Source of the DNA: Octopus sinensis
Lineage: Eukaryota
Assembly: GCF_006345805.1 (NCBI RefSeq)
Contig: NC_042999.1
Span: 127,906,001-127,970,000, forward strand
Reading direction: 5' to 3'
Length of the DNA: 64,000 bases
A model generated the notes under the pieces. The model ran no database searches and was not told where the DNA came from. It worked only from the letters and a program-made list of their open reading frames with translations. Within the stretch, counting starts at the first letter, position 1. Each line of letters opens with the position of its first letter. Both the position numbers and the translations under genes were made by a program. Below, in pieces: positions 39,430 through 53,522 of the stretch.

Positions 39430-42400
39430 GTAAGTCCTTTTTTTATATATATTTTTATTTTGTTCTTTATGCAAACTATTTTTAAAATGTCTTTCATTTC
39501 CAACTTTTTCTTTTACTTGTTTCAGTCATTAGCCTGTGGCCATGCTGGGGGAAGAGATGTAGTTGATTTAATTGCTCCCAGTATTTAGGTCATATTTAAT
39601 TTATCAACACTGCAAAAATGAAAACCAAAGTTGAATTGGTAGGATTTGAACTCAGAAAGTAGAGTTGTAACTCAATACTATAAGTTCATTCTATTGTTTG
39701 TGTCACTAAGATGTAATTTGCTTATATGGATAAGTCCAGCATTGACTGTTTTGATTTCAGACACCCTCAAGGTTGATTTTTGTATTCCATCTATATTGTC
39801 AATAAATTGAAAACCAGTAAATTTATAATAAATGTAATTTATCTGGTTAACTATACTGCTCTTCAATATAGAATTCATTCATTTTTAGCTTTGTGAGTAA
39901 GGATCATTGTCAGTGACCTTTGTAACTCACCTTGGCAAAAACTGGGGAAATTGATGGAACTGATGCCCAGCCTGAACATCAGTAGGCTATTCACTGCAGG
40001 AAAACATTGGTAAAGAAAGAATAGGGGATCTGCAAGCGAGTGAATTTCACTAAAGGCTATCAGTGACCAGCAAATATTGTTAAAACCAGGATATATGTTA
40101 GGCCCTGTTAAATGGGTCTTAAAGAATATAGATGGTAGAACTTGATGAGACAGTAGAATGCTGGGCTGGAAGGTTTATAGTATCTAATTCATCATCATCA
40201 TGTAATATTCATTTTCCAGGCTGGCATGGTTCAACCAGAGCTGGAGAGTTGCACTAAGTACCAAGTTCTAGTCTGATTTGGCTTGGTTTCTACAGCTGGA
40301 TGCCCTTCCTAATACCAACCACATTATAGTCTATGTTGGATGCTTTTAACATGGCACCATAGAAGCACTTTAATGTGGCACTGGCACATAACTCTTGAAG
40401 ACCAATCCTCTTCAGCAGAAGGGATGGCCTTAACACTTCTGCTGTAGAGAACAGGTCTTGTTGAGTATAGCAAGGTACCAGGTATCCCAGTCCTTTATTA
40501 TCTCGTGTGAAAAGATCAACAGCTAGAGGTTGTCCTTCAGTATGGTACTAATTCATTACCATACTATTCTGATTTCAAATCTTGCTGTGATCAATTTTGA
40601 TTTTCATCTCTTTTGATGCAGTATTATAACTGCCAATTAAATAGTGAGAGTGAGTAAATTAATTAAGTCCATACATACCTAGTCAAAATAAACTTATTAT
40701 TTCTTTTAGAAAATATTGTCTGAAAGAATTTGTATTATTGTTTATTTCAGCAATCACATGAGTTAGCTTCTCAATAAATTCTTTCTGAATAACTTACCTT
40801 TTTAATAATTCAAGAAAGCTTGAACTTGTACTAGCTAGAATATGAATATGTTGGTATGTTAAAATCAAAACAAAAGACCTTAAAAATGTGTAAGAAATGT
40901 AAAATGATGTCAATGATAGCATGATATTTGAGTTCTTTTAACTGATTCCATCTGCAGAATTATATAAATTTCTTTCTATTACTACAGTCTACTAAATTTA
41001 TACTTAATACCAGTAATAAATACTAAGAAAAATTAACTACAAGACAGAAATTTCATAAATAATGATGCTATTATTTATCAGAATTATGAATTGTAATCAA
41101 AATTATTTCAGTTTTGTGATAAATATGTGGAAAACAATCTTTGATTTCTTCCAAAACAAATTCTGTGTATGTGTATATGTATATAAATATGTGTATATGT
41201 GTGTAAATATATATATGTGTGTAAATATATATATATGTGTGTATGTGTATATCTATTGATATGTGTGTATCTGTTAACTCACTTTTGTTAATTATCCATA
41301 ATTTTTTTTATATAATTGGGTAAATGAATACTTATATGTATTATGTATTCTTATATGTATATAATGTATTCTTGTGTGTATATATATATACACACATGTA
41401 TGTATCTATGTATGTATATGTCTATATATATTTCTTGTATTATATTGTCTAAGCATTGAATTATAAACATATTGGTATAAAGTGAATTATTTCCCATGAA
41501 AATAAGAAGCTTATTTATTTATCTAGTGTATTAGACATAACAAAGTTTCAGTTAGTGGTTACCACAGAACGTAATGTTCCAGACTAAGTAATTTATGGCA
41601 CCAAGTTAAATACATCATCATTGTTGAATGAGCTGCACTAGTCAGTATTGATAAAATATGTACCTATGTACATATATATATATATTGGTATTTATTCAGT
41701 TGATGCAATTAATGCAAACAAATGAAAGAAAGAAAGAAAATCAATTGTCATGTCTGAGAAAAATATACAATTTATTGACTTAATATAACCTGTTCATAAC
41801 TATAAATGTATGTTTGGAAACTTACAATGTATTATCTATTTTAAGTTTGTTTATGCTTTTATGACATTGTAAATGCTTCAGTTTTACCTGTGTTATTCTA
41901 TTGGCTTGATTGTTTTGTCTCCAGTCTTTGCTTTCCATGACCTTACCTTCTTCTGTGTATGATGCAACTGTTAGAACTACTAATGACTAATTCTTTGCAT
42001 TTCTGTATGAAATACAAACAACTGTATTGTATGAAACTTTGCTTTTTAAATGTGGGATTCCATGATTCTAGCCAAAAAATATAAATATAATTGTTGAATG
42101 TATTAGTGTTTTGGCTTATTGGTAGAATATCTAGTAAGCATCTTAGTGTTTGATGACATAACTACAAAACACAAAGTAGAATATTGTTTGATGTTTTAAC
42201 TGCAGCCACAAATGTCTCTTTCCTAGCACACTCAATGTCTGGTGACATTCGAAAACCATTGAGACCACAAGCATATAGTTTTGTGGGATGAGGTATGACA
42301 AGACTTGGTGGCAGTTTATATGCACATTTATTGCTACGTTTGTACAGAGTTTCATGAAAAACAGACAGCATCAAATTATAAGAACATCGTATTTGTGGGA

Positions 42401-43166
42401 GTTGAAAATCTTAATGACTAAACTGACTTGCATATTGCTGCAAAAACATTTGGCGTTGATTCTTCTTCATCTGTGAGTTGGTATATACATGTGAAAATAG
42501 CTATTAGGAAGATTGTGTTGGTTTGAGTATGAAACCATGTAAACAGCTTTCAGAAGCAGAATTTGTTTATGACCATAGCAAGGGGAGTCCACTTTCTTTC
42601 TGCTTAACTGTGCCAAAAATGGCTGTTTACATTGCCATCACTGAAAGAATTTTCTAGAAATTAGCATGTGAATGCTTAACCCTGATTGGTTGAAATTAGT
42701 GTCTGCACAGATGATATATGGGTAATCCCCATGCAATCAAAAATGAAAATGAAGTCAACCACCCATAGTTTCAAACTTTTACAATCTTCTATTATTAAAC
42801 ACTGGACGTTAGATATGATTTGTTTCACCAATATTTCTGCTATGATATTTATGAACCAAGATGAATTGTTGAGTCCAGCAGTTTGAAATAAATGTCTTTT
42901 GTTCATTGTTTGCATAAGCAGAATTTAGTTAAATAACAGCTGAAGTATGATTCAAAGTAATCCAGCAAATACTACGGAGTTACAAAGATATGGCTGTGTG
43001 GATAAGAAGTTTGTTTTGCAGCTTTGTGGTTCTGAATTTCATGCCATTGCTTGGCACTTTGGGCAATATCTTCTACCTTAGTCTCAGGTTGACCAGTATT
43101 TCATGAGTGGAATTTGGTAGATGCAGTCTGTAAAGAAGTTCTTTCACACACACACACACACACACA

Positions 43167-43204
<38 letters not shown>

Positions 43205-43989
43205 TATATAGAAAGAAACACAAAAGTGGCAAGCCAGCTGAAGCCTATCAGAAAAAATCCTTAGCAACATTTCTTCTAGTTTTACTTTCTGAGTTCAAAT
43301 GCCATTGAAATCAACTTTGCCTTTTATCCTTTTCAGGTCAATAAAATATATAACAGTTGTACACTGGGGATACTGGCCCTGTCCCTAAAATTAGAAAAGT
43401 TGTATAGACACACACATTTGACATGATCAGATGGGTAAAAATGGCCATAATGTGACCTCTAAGATATAAAAATGTTGGCTTCATTTGAATCCTATTTGTG
43501 AAGAAAATAAAGAATATGTATGTGTGTTTGTGTCTTTTGTTGATGTGCATCAGTGAAAGATATGCAAATCAGCAAGAATATGAAAAATCCAAGGCTTTGT
43601 AAACAAAGTTGGTTAAGATATTTGTTCTGCATTGAACTAGATACTCCTTTATCTCTGTTGCCATCAGAAATGTTAGTTCTCCATTGAAAACCGATAACTA
43701 ACAAAGATATTCTTTGCAAATTGCGACATAGATAAATCATCATTGTCATTTTTGCATCTACTTTTCTATGCTTGTATGAGGCAGATTTTCTCTGGCCAGA
43801 TGTCTTTCTTGTTGCCAATCCTCACCTGTTTCCAGTTAAGGGAATATTTTCCTATATCTGGACATGTTTTCCCGAAAGACTGGAAATAAACTATCTCACT
43901 TGTATGACACTGATGTTCATTTGAAGCTTTCACCTGACATTTAGACAAGGCTACACCAATCACATGCACACAAACACACATATGTGCAT

Positions 43990-44031
<42 letters not shown>

Positions 44032-44632
44032 ATACACATAACCACACAACTGACTTCTTTCAGTTTCCATCTACCAAATCTACTTGCAAGGCCTCAGTTG
44101 GTCCAGGGCTATTGTAGAAGGCACTTGCCCAAGGTGCCATGCAGTGAAATGAACACAAACCACATGGTTGGGAAGCAAGTTTCTTAACCACACAGCTATA
44201 CCCACAGTTATTGCAATATAGATAAATATCTAAGATAAATCCATTACAATAACCTTATGTTGCAATTATAATCCATTCATTTCAGCTGTAAACTTATTGT
44301 TCATGTCCTTTAAGTTAAAACATATTGATTGACTTGTAGTCAAGAGTTTATGTCAGCTACTTAAATCTCATAGGTTTTGGCTTTGGTTGACTTGGAGTTA
44401 CAGTATAAGACACTTGCCCAAAGTACCACACAATGGGATTGAACCTGGATCCATGGGGTTGGAAAGTTTACTTAATTATGACATCAATTCAATGATATTA
44501 TAATGTTAGTCTTGTTTTTAACAGATCCGATTCCATTTTTCATGAAACCCATGTATTTTAATCAAGCTCATTGTACTATGAATTAGACAAGATATTTTTT
44601 AAAAAATTTATTAGGGACAGAGGCAGTATTAA

Positions 44633-44916
44633 TACCAAGAGATAATATTTATCCCTTCTTAAATGTGGATGTTCTGATAGAACAAACTATACTGCAGTAG
44701 TTACCACAAGAGAAGCTTTCATATTGGCTTTTGATGCAAAATGCACTCTGTTTATATTGCTATACGCAAGAGTGCATTTTAATTAAAGCAATATAAATAA
44801 AAGTGCATTTTGCACCAAAAGCTAATATGAGAGATTCTCTCATGGTAACTATTGCAGTATAGTTTGTTCTGACAGAGCATCCTCATTTATGTGGGGATAA
44901 ATATTACCTCAAGATA
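44633..44916. repeat. Near-perfect hairpin element (arms about 125 bp, loop about 25 nt)
   Basis: gagataatatttatccc...atgcactctgtttatattgct pairs with agcaatataaataaaagtgcat...gggataaatattacctc. Confidence 0.9.
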
Positions 44917-44959
44917 GTTTTACTCTTATCTATATGAACTGCATTTCTAATACATTAAT

Positions 44960-46110
44960 AATAGTTCCTACGCTAGGCATAAGGCCTGAAAATTTTGGGG
45001 AAGGAAAATAGCCAATTATTTCAACCCCAGTACTCAACTGGTACTTATATTATCATTCCTGAAAGGATAAAAGGCAACTTCAGACTTGGTGGAATTTGAA
45101 CTCAGAACAAAATGATGTTAAGCTTTTTGTCTGGCGTGCTAATAATTTTGCCAGCTTGCTACCTTAGATTATACAGCAACAACAATAATAATAATGATTT
45201 CAAATTTTGGCACAGGGCCAGCAGTTTTTGAGAGAAGTGGGGAAGTTGATTACATTGACTTCAGTATTTGACTGGTACCTATTTTATTGACCCTGAAAGT
45301 ATGAATGGCAAAGTTGACCTCGGCAGAATTTAAACACAGAATGTAAAGATATTCAGAATTCCGCTAAGCATTTTGTCCAATGTGCTAACAATTCGACCAG
45401 CTTGCCACATTGAATAATACAATAACAACAATAATAATAATAGTTTCAAATTTTTGGCACAAGACCAGCAATTTCGGGGAAGAGGATAAATCAGTTACAA
45501 TGACCCCAGTACTTAACTGGTACTTATTTCACTGCTCCCAAAAGGATGAAAGGCAATGTCGATCTCGGCAGAATCTGAACTCAGAACGTAAAGGATGAAA
45601 TGCTGCTGAGCATGCTGACAATTCTGCCAGCTCACTACCTTAATAATAATAAGAAGAATGGTTTCAGATTTTGGCACACAACCAGCAGTTTTGGGGGAGG
45701 GGCTGAGTTGATTAAATTGATCTGTTTTCAACTGGTACTCAACCCCGAAATTGATCTGTGTTCAACTGGTATTGACCCCGAAAGGATGAAAGGCAAAGTC
45801 AACCTTGGCGGAATTTGAACTCAGAATGTAAAGACAGACAAAATGCTGCTAAGCATCTTGTCCAGTATGCTAACAATTCTGCCAGTTCACCATCCTATAC
45901 CTTAATAATAATAATAATGATTTGACATTTGGGCACAAGGCCAGCAATTTTTTGGTGGGTAAGTTGATTATATTGACCCTCAACACTTGACTATTACTCA
46001 TTTTATTGACCCCAAAAGGATGAAAGGCAAAGTTGACCTTGAACCCAGAATGTAAAGACAGATGAAATGCTGCTAACAATTCTGCCAGCTCTCCATCTTT
46101 AATAATAACA
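44960..46110 (-). mobile_element. Head-to-tail train of five SINE copies separated by (AAT)n
   Basis: The block ggatgaaaggcaaagt..gacct..gg.gaatttgaactcagaa...gccagct recurs five times with a period of about 225-250 bp. Confidence 0.85.
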
Positions 46111-46565
46111 ATAACTTAAGATATTTGAGACATCAAGTATGTAATTACTCTGCTGAATTTATTATCATCAGCAAGAATATGGATTTGGTATTCAAAACCT
46201 TTCCAATCTCAAGCAAGCAACTTCACATTTTGCACCTCAAGTTGGGAAGTTATCATCATCATTTATAGTGATGGCAACATTCAATGTCCATTTTCCATGC
46301 TGGCATGTGTTGACAATTTTGACAGAATCCAGTGAGCCACAGGGCTGCATAAGACTCCAATATCAGATTTGGCATGTTTTCTACTATGGAGAGAGTATTT
46401 CAGAGGGTGGTAGGGGTGAGGGTGTAGGAAGTAACATTCCATTAGATATTGGGATGTTAAAGTATGATAGAGGGACAAGCACAAGGGTCTTGTTACAGTG
46501 AAAGCAACATGGTTACTCTGCATTGTATAAACGTGAGTGGGAGTTACTGAGAAGATGAGACGGTA

Positions 46566-46798
46566 GGCGGCGAGCTGGCAGAATTGTTAGCATGCTGGGC
46601 GAAATGCTTTGCAGTATTTCGTCTGCCGCTACATTCTGAGTTCAAATTCTACCGAGGTTGACTTTGCCTTTCATCCTTTTGGGTCAATAAATTAAGTACC
46701 AGTTACACACTGGGGTCAATATAATTGACTTAATTCGTTTGTCTGTCCTTGTTTGTCCTCTCTGTGTTTAGCCCCTTGTGGGTAGTAAAGAAATAGGT
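46566..46798 (+). mobile_element. Well-preserved SINE ('ggcggcgagctggcagaa' family)
   Basis: tRNA-like head with ttctgagttcaaattc B-box-like motif; retains several CpGs. Confidence 0.8.
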
Positions 46799-47110
46799 AG
46801 GTATAGGGTGCCAGAACAAACTCTCAAGGAGCAATAGAGGATATAGACAGGTGCCAGAGCAAACCATTAAAGATCAAGAGAGTAGAAGGAGCAGACGGGG
46901 AAAGTGTCTTAAAACATACAGAATAATACAGTCAGTATACTTTAAACTTCAAAAACTGAATGGGTAAAAAAAAGAAAAAAAACTCTGAATCAATATTTTA
47001 TCAAATGAATGATGCAGAAATGGTTTCTTCTTCACTTATAATTTTCTATTCACTAATATTGGTCAGTTGTTTCACCTTCCCCCATTTCCTACATGGTTTT
47101 CTTTAATCAG

Positions 47111-47203
47111 AGGATTGCCATGGCAGCAGAAACTTGCATGGAACAAAGCTTTCCTCCAGTTCGGGATCTTTCATGTTCACAAATATCAGATTTTGTGACA
47201 CAG
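47111..47203 (+). CDS. RALGAPB: Probable RalGAP beta variable-region cassette exon (phase 1-1)
   Basis: ttttctttaatcag|EDCHGSRNLHGTKLSSSSGSFMFTNIRFCDT|gtatga; 93 nt, open, in phase. No homology support. Confidence 0.6.
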
Positions 47204-47944
47204 GTATGATATTCTGATGAATTTACATTTCAAGCTTACAACAGGGGTATTTCATTCACATTATTACTAACTACTACTAGCTACTACTACTTTTTCTTCT
47301 TAACATTTTTTTTTTTACATTTCAAGTAATGTCCATTTTAATCATTGCTTCCCTATGTAGGCTTATACAGATATTTTTAAAGACTATATACAAATAACAA
47401 TTGCCAACTAAATAAATAAGTTAGAAAATTTATGGCTGTATACAAATGGCCAAAGAAATTTAGTGGTTGTATAGTGAAGGCTCATGACCTAGTGGTTAGT
47501 GTGTTTAACTCATGATCATAAGATTGCAGTTTCAATTTCTACACCAGGCAACATATTGTGTTTTTGAGGGTAAAACCAGAATTAGCTCCAGCCTAATAAG
47601 CTGTAAACTGTGACAGACCTGACACCTAAGATACATTTAGGAAGAAAATTGATAATTATACAAATAACAAAAAAAGAAAAAAAATTGACAGGATTCCAAC
47701 ATCCTTCTGGATAAGTCAGAACTAATTATATATATATAGTCTATGAATGTATCTTTAATATTGTAGTTGTTCACTTTAGGTAACTGATTGTTGTGTGTGT
47801 GTGTGTGTGTGTGTGAAGCTAGATTGATATAGCAATATTAAAGGCGTCTACAACAAAATATAGCTGACTATTGTAATAATGCTTCTTATTGTTTATAATG
47901 AAGTGTATTATGTCCTCTGCTGCTGCATTATTATTGGCCAGCTC

Positions 47945-49200
47945 TATGTCATCTACCCCCATGCTCTTATATGCAATATTGTTGTCTACCCCCTTGCTCT
48001 TAAATACAATGTTGTTATCTTCACCCCACCCCTGCTCTTATATACAATATTGTCATCTACCCTCTGCTCTTATATACAATATTGTTATCTACCCCCTTGC
48101 TATTATATGCAATATTGTCATCTACCCTCTGCTCTTATATACAATATTGTTATCTACCCCCTTGCTATTATATGCAATATTGTCATCTACCCTCTGCTCT
48201 TATATACAATATTGTTATCTACCCCCATGATCTTATATGCAATATTGTCATCTACCTTCTGCTCTTATATACAATATTATTATCTACCTCCATGTTCTTG
48301 TATACAATATTGTTATCTACCCCCTTGCTATTATATGCAATATTGTCATCTACCCTCTACTCTTATATACAATATTGTTATCTACCCCCTTGCTATTATA
48401 TGCAATATTGTCATCTACCCTCTGCTCTTATATACAATATTGTTATCTACCCCCATGATCTTATATGCGATATTGTCATCTACCTCCTGCTCTTATATAC
48501 AATATTATTATCTACCTCCATGTTCTTGTATACAATATTATTATCGATCTCCTCTTCTCTTATATGCAATATTGTTATTTACACCCTACCCCTGCTCTTA
48601 TATGCAATATTGTTATCTACCCCCTGCTTTTATATACAATATTGTTAATCTACCTCCTTGCTCTTATATGCAATATTGTCGTCTACCCCATGTTACTATA
48701 TGCATTATTGTTATCCCCCCCCCGTTCTTATATGCAATATTGTTATCTACCTCTATCTCTAATGTGCAATATTGTCATTTACCCCTTGCTCTTATATGCA
48801 ATATTGATATCTACCCCATATTACTATATGTAATATTGTTACCTACCCCCTTGCTCTTATATGCAATATTATCATGTACCCTATGTTACTATATGCAATA
48901 TTGTTATCTATCCCCCATCTCTTATATGCAATATTGTTGTCTTCTCTCATGCCCTCATATGCAATATTGTTACCTACTCCTGTGCTCTTATATGCATAAT
49001 TGTTATCTACCCCTATCTTATTGTATACAATATTGTTATCTGCTCCCACATTATTATATGCAATATTGTTGTCCACCTTCCTGCTCTTATATGCAATACT
49101 GTCATCTACTCCCATATGGACCACTATTCTCTTACCTGTAGTATATCTGCTGCCTACGTGTTACTGGATGTAATATGTCATAGCCTCCCTGTTATCATAC
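47945..49200. repeat. 32/33-bp minisatellite with a 65-bp dimer and a 228-bp (7-monomer) higher-order repeat
   Basis: Unit tgct[c/a]ttatat[a/g]caatattgt[t/c]atctacc[c]c(c)t. 48065-48292 is repeated as 48293-48520, and copies degenerate outwards to about 49500. Confidence 0.92.
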
Positions 49201-50799
49201 ACATAACATTGTTATCTACAAGCAATGCAATATTGTAAGCCATTTGCCAACTGTTTATATGTAATATGTTATCTGCTCCCATTTTACTATAGTATCATCC
49301 ATCTCCATGTTACTACATGTAATATGTCATCTATTCCCATGCTACTATTTGCAATATCATCTATCTCTATATTACCACATGTATATCATCTGCCACTACT
49401 GGATGTAGTGCATCCTCTGTCAGCAAACTATTTCATATGCCCTTTATCTCCTCATAGACAGATGATTGTTATATCATATATTTATACGTTACTAGATGTA
49501 GCTATATGTTGGATGTATAACCATGGCTATTGTCAGTGACATTCAGGAACAAATATAAATGTTTTGAGCTTAATTTTGAAACTTACATCTACCCCTATCC
49601 TGCACACTTCTACATGTAAATTAGAGATGGACATTAATATTAGACCTGTCAATCCCCAGATGGTACATCAACCTTATTGATTTCTTTGTGGTTATACATT
49701 TGAAAATATCCTGAATATTCATTACTGCTGCTTGCTATGTATACATTAGCATTGCAACTACTTTTATTTAGTCCATAATTTGCTTTTGTTGTTTCTTATT
49801 TTCACAGTTTTCTATTATATATACTTACACACACGCATGTGTGTATATATAGATATATATCGTATTAGCAAAAAAGCTGGTAAAATTATGTTTAATTCCT
49901 TCCCTCATCTTGCAACTATTTCCTGTTAACCTTTTGGCATTGCTTGAATCAGTACTAAAGTACAATTCCAATATCACTTATATTACTAATACAGTCTACT
50001 AAATTATTCACTGTAGCTTGTTGCCAAATTCTTCTAATAAACATTTTCCTATTTAACACAATGTAGGTATGTCTATTTGTATATTTAGACTAACACCTAG
50101 AAAGAGTGCCAGCATATTAAAACACAACACATCTACTTCTACAACAAGCAGCTGAGGGAACCTCTACATGGTGATTTAATCTGCTAGAAATAGGTACCAT
50201 ATTTCCCTCAAAATGAATCCATCTTAAAGAAAAAATGAAGAATAGACACCTGAGATAAAGCAGTCTTAGAAATACCTATAAAGGTGGTCAAAGCTGGAAT
50301 CCCTTTAATCACAGATTTGCTCATTCAGGTGTGACATTGTGCTAAACAACAATAGCAAATGCATGAGCCAGTGAGGAAGTCACTACACAGTCACTCAACC
50401 TGTTAGAAACTGCAACTAAACCCTCAAAATACATCCTGCTATCTTAAAAAAAAAAGAATACATTGGATAAAATAGTCCTAGATACTGTATTTCTGGAAGA
50501 ATAAAAAAGACAGTTTGGCCATTTTTGGAATGCTTTTGATCATAGGGCTGCATAGGTACAGCTGACCTGAATTTTACAATGGAAAGTCAGTTATATTCTT
50601 ATAGTAAAATTATAGACACAATAATATTTGTTTCATTTATTTCTTTAAAAATATGGAGCTAAAATCTACGTATAATGGAAGAACAAAATAATACTCTTCC
50701 ATAATTCTTTCATATAGACACATACATATACTTATAAGTTTTAACTTTGATTAAAAAATTCTAGAATATTTAGTATTCTATCAGTGTAGCACTTATTAC

Positions 50800-51029
50800 T
50801 GGGGCCGGTTTTTAGGCAATGAGACAGCTTTTTTCAAATTGAGCTGTCTCAAGAGAGGGCCCTGCACTCATGCTCAAGTGGAGGACACTATGATGTAATT
50901 TTAGTATATCGTTGTGGCCTCAAGCCCTCAATGCTTTTTGGCTGGGATTGGTATATTACACAACGCATAAAATATCAATCTTCAGCTTTTGTAGTGTAGA
51001 GGGCCCCGCACTTCCTAGCACTGGCCCTG
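50800..51029. mobile_element. hAT-like MITE
   Basis: Imperfect TIRs tggggccggtttttagg / cctagcactggccctg, flanked by 8-bp duplication cttattac / cttattgc. Confidence 0.7.
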
Positions 51030-51294
51030 CTTATTGCTTACTGTTAGTATTAAATTTTGTAATGGTTGAATGTCAATTATCATTAGTATACTAATAAGCT
51101 AATGTACACACATTTCAAGCTTTAACTATGTTAGTTTTATTGTTCTTTAAATAGCCAATTAAATAAAATAACAAGTTTGTTAATTATATTGCTTATTATG
51201 AGAAAAATATATTGCACATTACCTGTATCCTTTTGCCAAACTGTCTAGAATTAAGCATTTAATAACTAATTTGATTAATAATCCTTATTTTCAG

Positions 51295-51520
51295 ACACTG
51301 CTCACAGCTTGTTTGGTCAAGCCACTTCTTTAGTATGTCACCAATTAATGTCTTCTTGGAAGACTGATCTGAACACAGCACTGGCAGCAATGGAACTTTT
51401 ATCAGGTCTTGCTAAAGTTCGAGTGAAACCACCCAATGAAGGAATGAGCAAGCGAACAGTGAAGTGGATATGTGATTTTATTATGTATCAGTGTAGCCGA
51501 CCACCAACAGCACATTCAAG
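51295..51520 (+). CDS. RALGAPB: RalGAP beta subunit, coding exon (phase 1-2)
   Basis: [21 protein letters not shown]...YQCSRPPTAHSR resembles [21 protein letters not shown]...YQCSRPAPLHSR; |gtgagt donor. Confidence 0.96.
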
Positions 51521-53522
51521 GTGAGTGAAATGTAATGCTACTTGTTCTCCTCAAGTAAATTGTTTTAACATCATTCTTGTTTTCAGTGTCCACTTTTCTA
51601 TGCTTGCATGGGTTGGACAGATTTTATTAAGGGAAGCAGAGTTTCTATGGTTGGATGTCCTTACTGTCTCCAACTTATTTTCGCAGGGCCAGACTTGCTC
51701 TCATAGAATATTTGAAATGAAGGATACTGCTTGTATGACTGACACACTTTTACAACTATCATGTGATGTGAAGACAAGGACACACACACAATACACACAT
51801 ATTATGTCAGGCTTTTTTTCAGTTTCCAGCTACCAAATCCACTCACAAATCAGTGCAGCCAGTATCATCAATTTTTATGTTGTTGTTTACGCCCATGTCT
51901 TTCAACACACCCCACTCTTAAACATTCTGTCTTTTAAAAGATGTTTGGGACTACATTATCTACTGTGTCTTTCCTTCTTTAAGGCCATGTGATGTGCTTT
52001 GATAGACATTTGACTGCTTTCTCTAGCAGGTGAAGCAACTATGTCGAGGCTGTGTTGTTGGCTTTGGCATTTTTATATTCCACATCAGCAACATTTTAGC
52101 ACTAACTATCTAAATGAAAAGCTTTCTCAAGATAGATACTGCTGTTTGTGGCCTTCAATAATATAGGTACCTTAAGTAAGATATATAGAATGCTGCTCTG
52201 AACCAATACTGCTTCTGCCGCAAATGACAAATTGAGGAAATTGTATTTTAGTGTCGTTTTGACCAAGTTAATTCAAGTTAAGACTACATTTATATAAAGC
52301 TTATTTAGATATCCATAAAGAAAATACACTTCTTTAAATTTGAGGCTAAAATCTTGATATGTCAGTAGACTTGTAATTTGAACCTCGTTAATTGAACCAG
52401 ATATATAATGAAGTTTCTGAAGTACTGTTGATGTTGAAACAACTTACATAAACATTGTTCATTCCCATTTGACTTCTTTATTAGAATGGGCAAGTCCTGC
52501 GACACAAGACTGTTAAGCCATTAGAAAAATGATATTTTTCTGAATCATTAAAATATCAGGATTAATTCATTTAACTAATATCACAATGCAGAATTAGTCT
52601 TGCTTATGACTGATTAAAGAGAAAACAAATTCGTTAGGATACCTTTGTTGAATAACAATATTGTGTGAAGAAAACTAATTTTTAAGTGCCACATAATTCT
52701 GAGCTTCAATAGTTTCAGCAACTCCAGCTTTGTGTGGCATCTGACAGATCAAATCTTGTGAACAACTGTTGTTAACTGAATAGTCTTGTTCATCACTGAA
52801 CTATTCGTTGATATAGGAAAATGGAAATTATTTTTTATTGGTTTGGCCTGAAGGCCTTCACAGCTCCTTTGAGACCAGTGAGTTTGACATAATGTTTCTC
52901 TTGAATAATTGCAAATTGATGATTGCTGGAAAAACATGAACTGGGAGAAAATTCTAGAAGGCTGATGTACTGGGAAGGAAGCACTGGGTGGGTGTAAAAA
53001 TGGCTGATGCAGAACCAGATGGTGGTGGCAGTGACAGCAGAAAAACCGGACACCGAGTGAGGAGAAGATGGGAGACAAATGTGATGAGAGTATCCTAGTA
53101 AAGGCTGCACAAAACCAGTCAGTTCTAGGGACTGGGCAACACAGTTACAGCTATAGAAAAAGCAGAAAGAGGAAACAGCACTTTTATGAACCAGAAGTTG
53201 GAGAATGTTCATGAGTGACTTTGTGTGAAGCAGTAAAGAAATGTGATTAATATTCTGATCTACTTGACCATTTCAAATCATATAACCATTTTGTTATGTT
53301 TATGAACAAGGTACATAAGTGTGTCGAAACTTCCACCCTTACTTCATAGTTGTAGTTTGTGATATGAAGGCCATCCAGCTATCTGTAATAGCAATTGCTC
53401 TAAAGAAATATTAAAAAAAAAAATTTTATCTTAGCAAATATGGAAAAGTGTGTAGGGTTGGGGTACACCATAATATTGACAAATGTCACTTGTCATTAAA
53501 ATATCTCCATTTATATTTTCAG

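Noticed and set aside
41925-41990. Extra cassette exon after ttgtctccag
   Set aside because: The phase-1 frame needs a weak gtgtat donor or hits a stop, and there is no supporting homology.
47879-49141. 420-aa ORF as a real protein-coding gene
   Set aside because: It coincides with the minisatellite, overlapping long ORFs occur in other frames, and it lies in a RALGAPB intron. A stop-poor repeat unit explains it.
47945-49200. CRISPR-like array
   Set aside because: Monomers are contiguous with no unique spacers, there are no cas genes, and the context is eukaryotic.
52740-53270. GC-richer block as coding sequence
   Set aside because: The plus-strand frames I translated contain stops, and the minus-strand ORFs show no motif I recognise. 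Probably an unclassified repeat.
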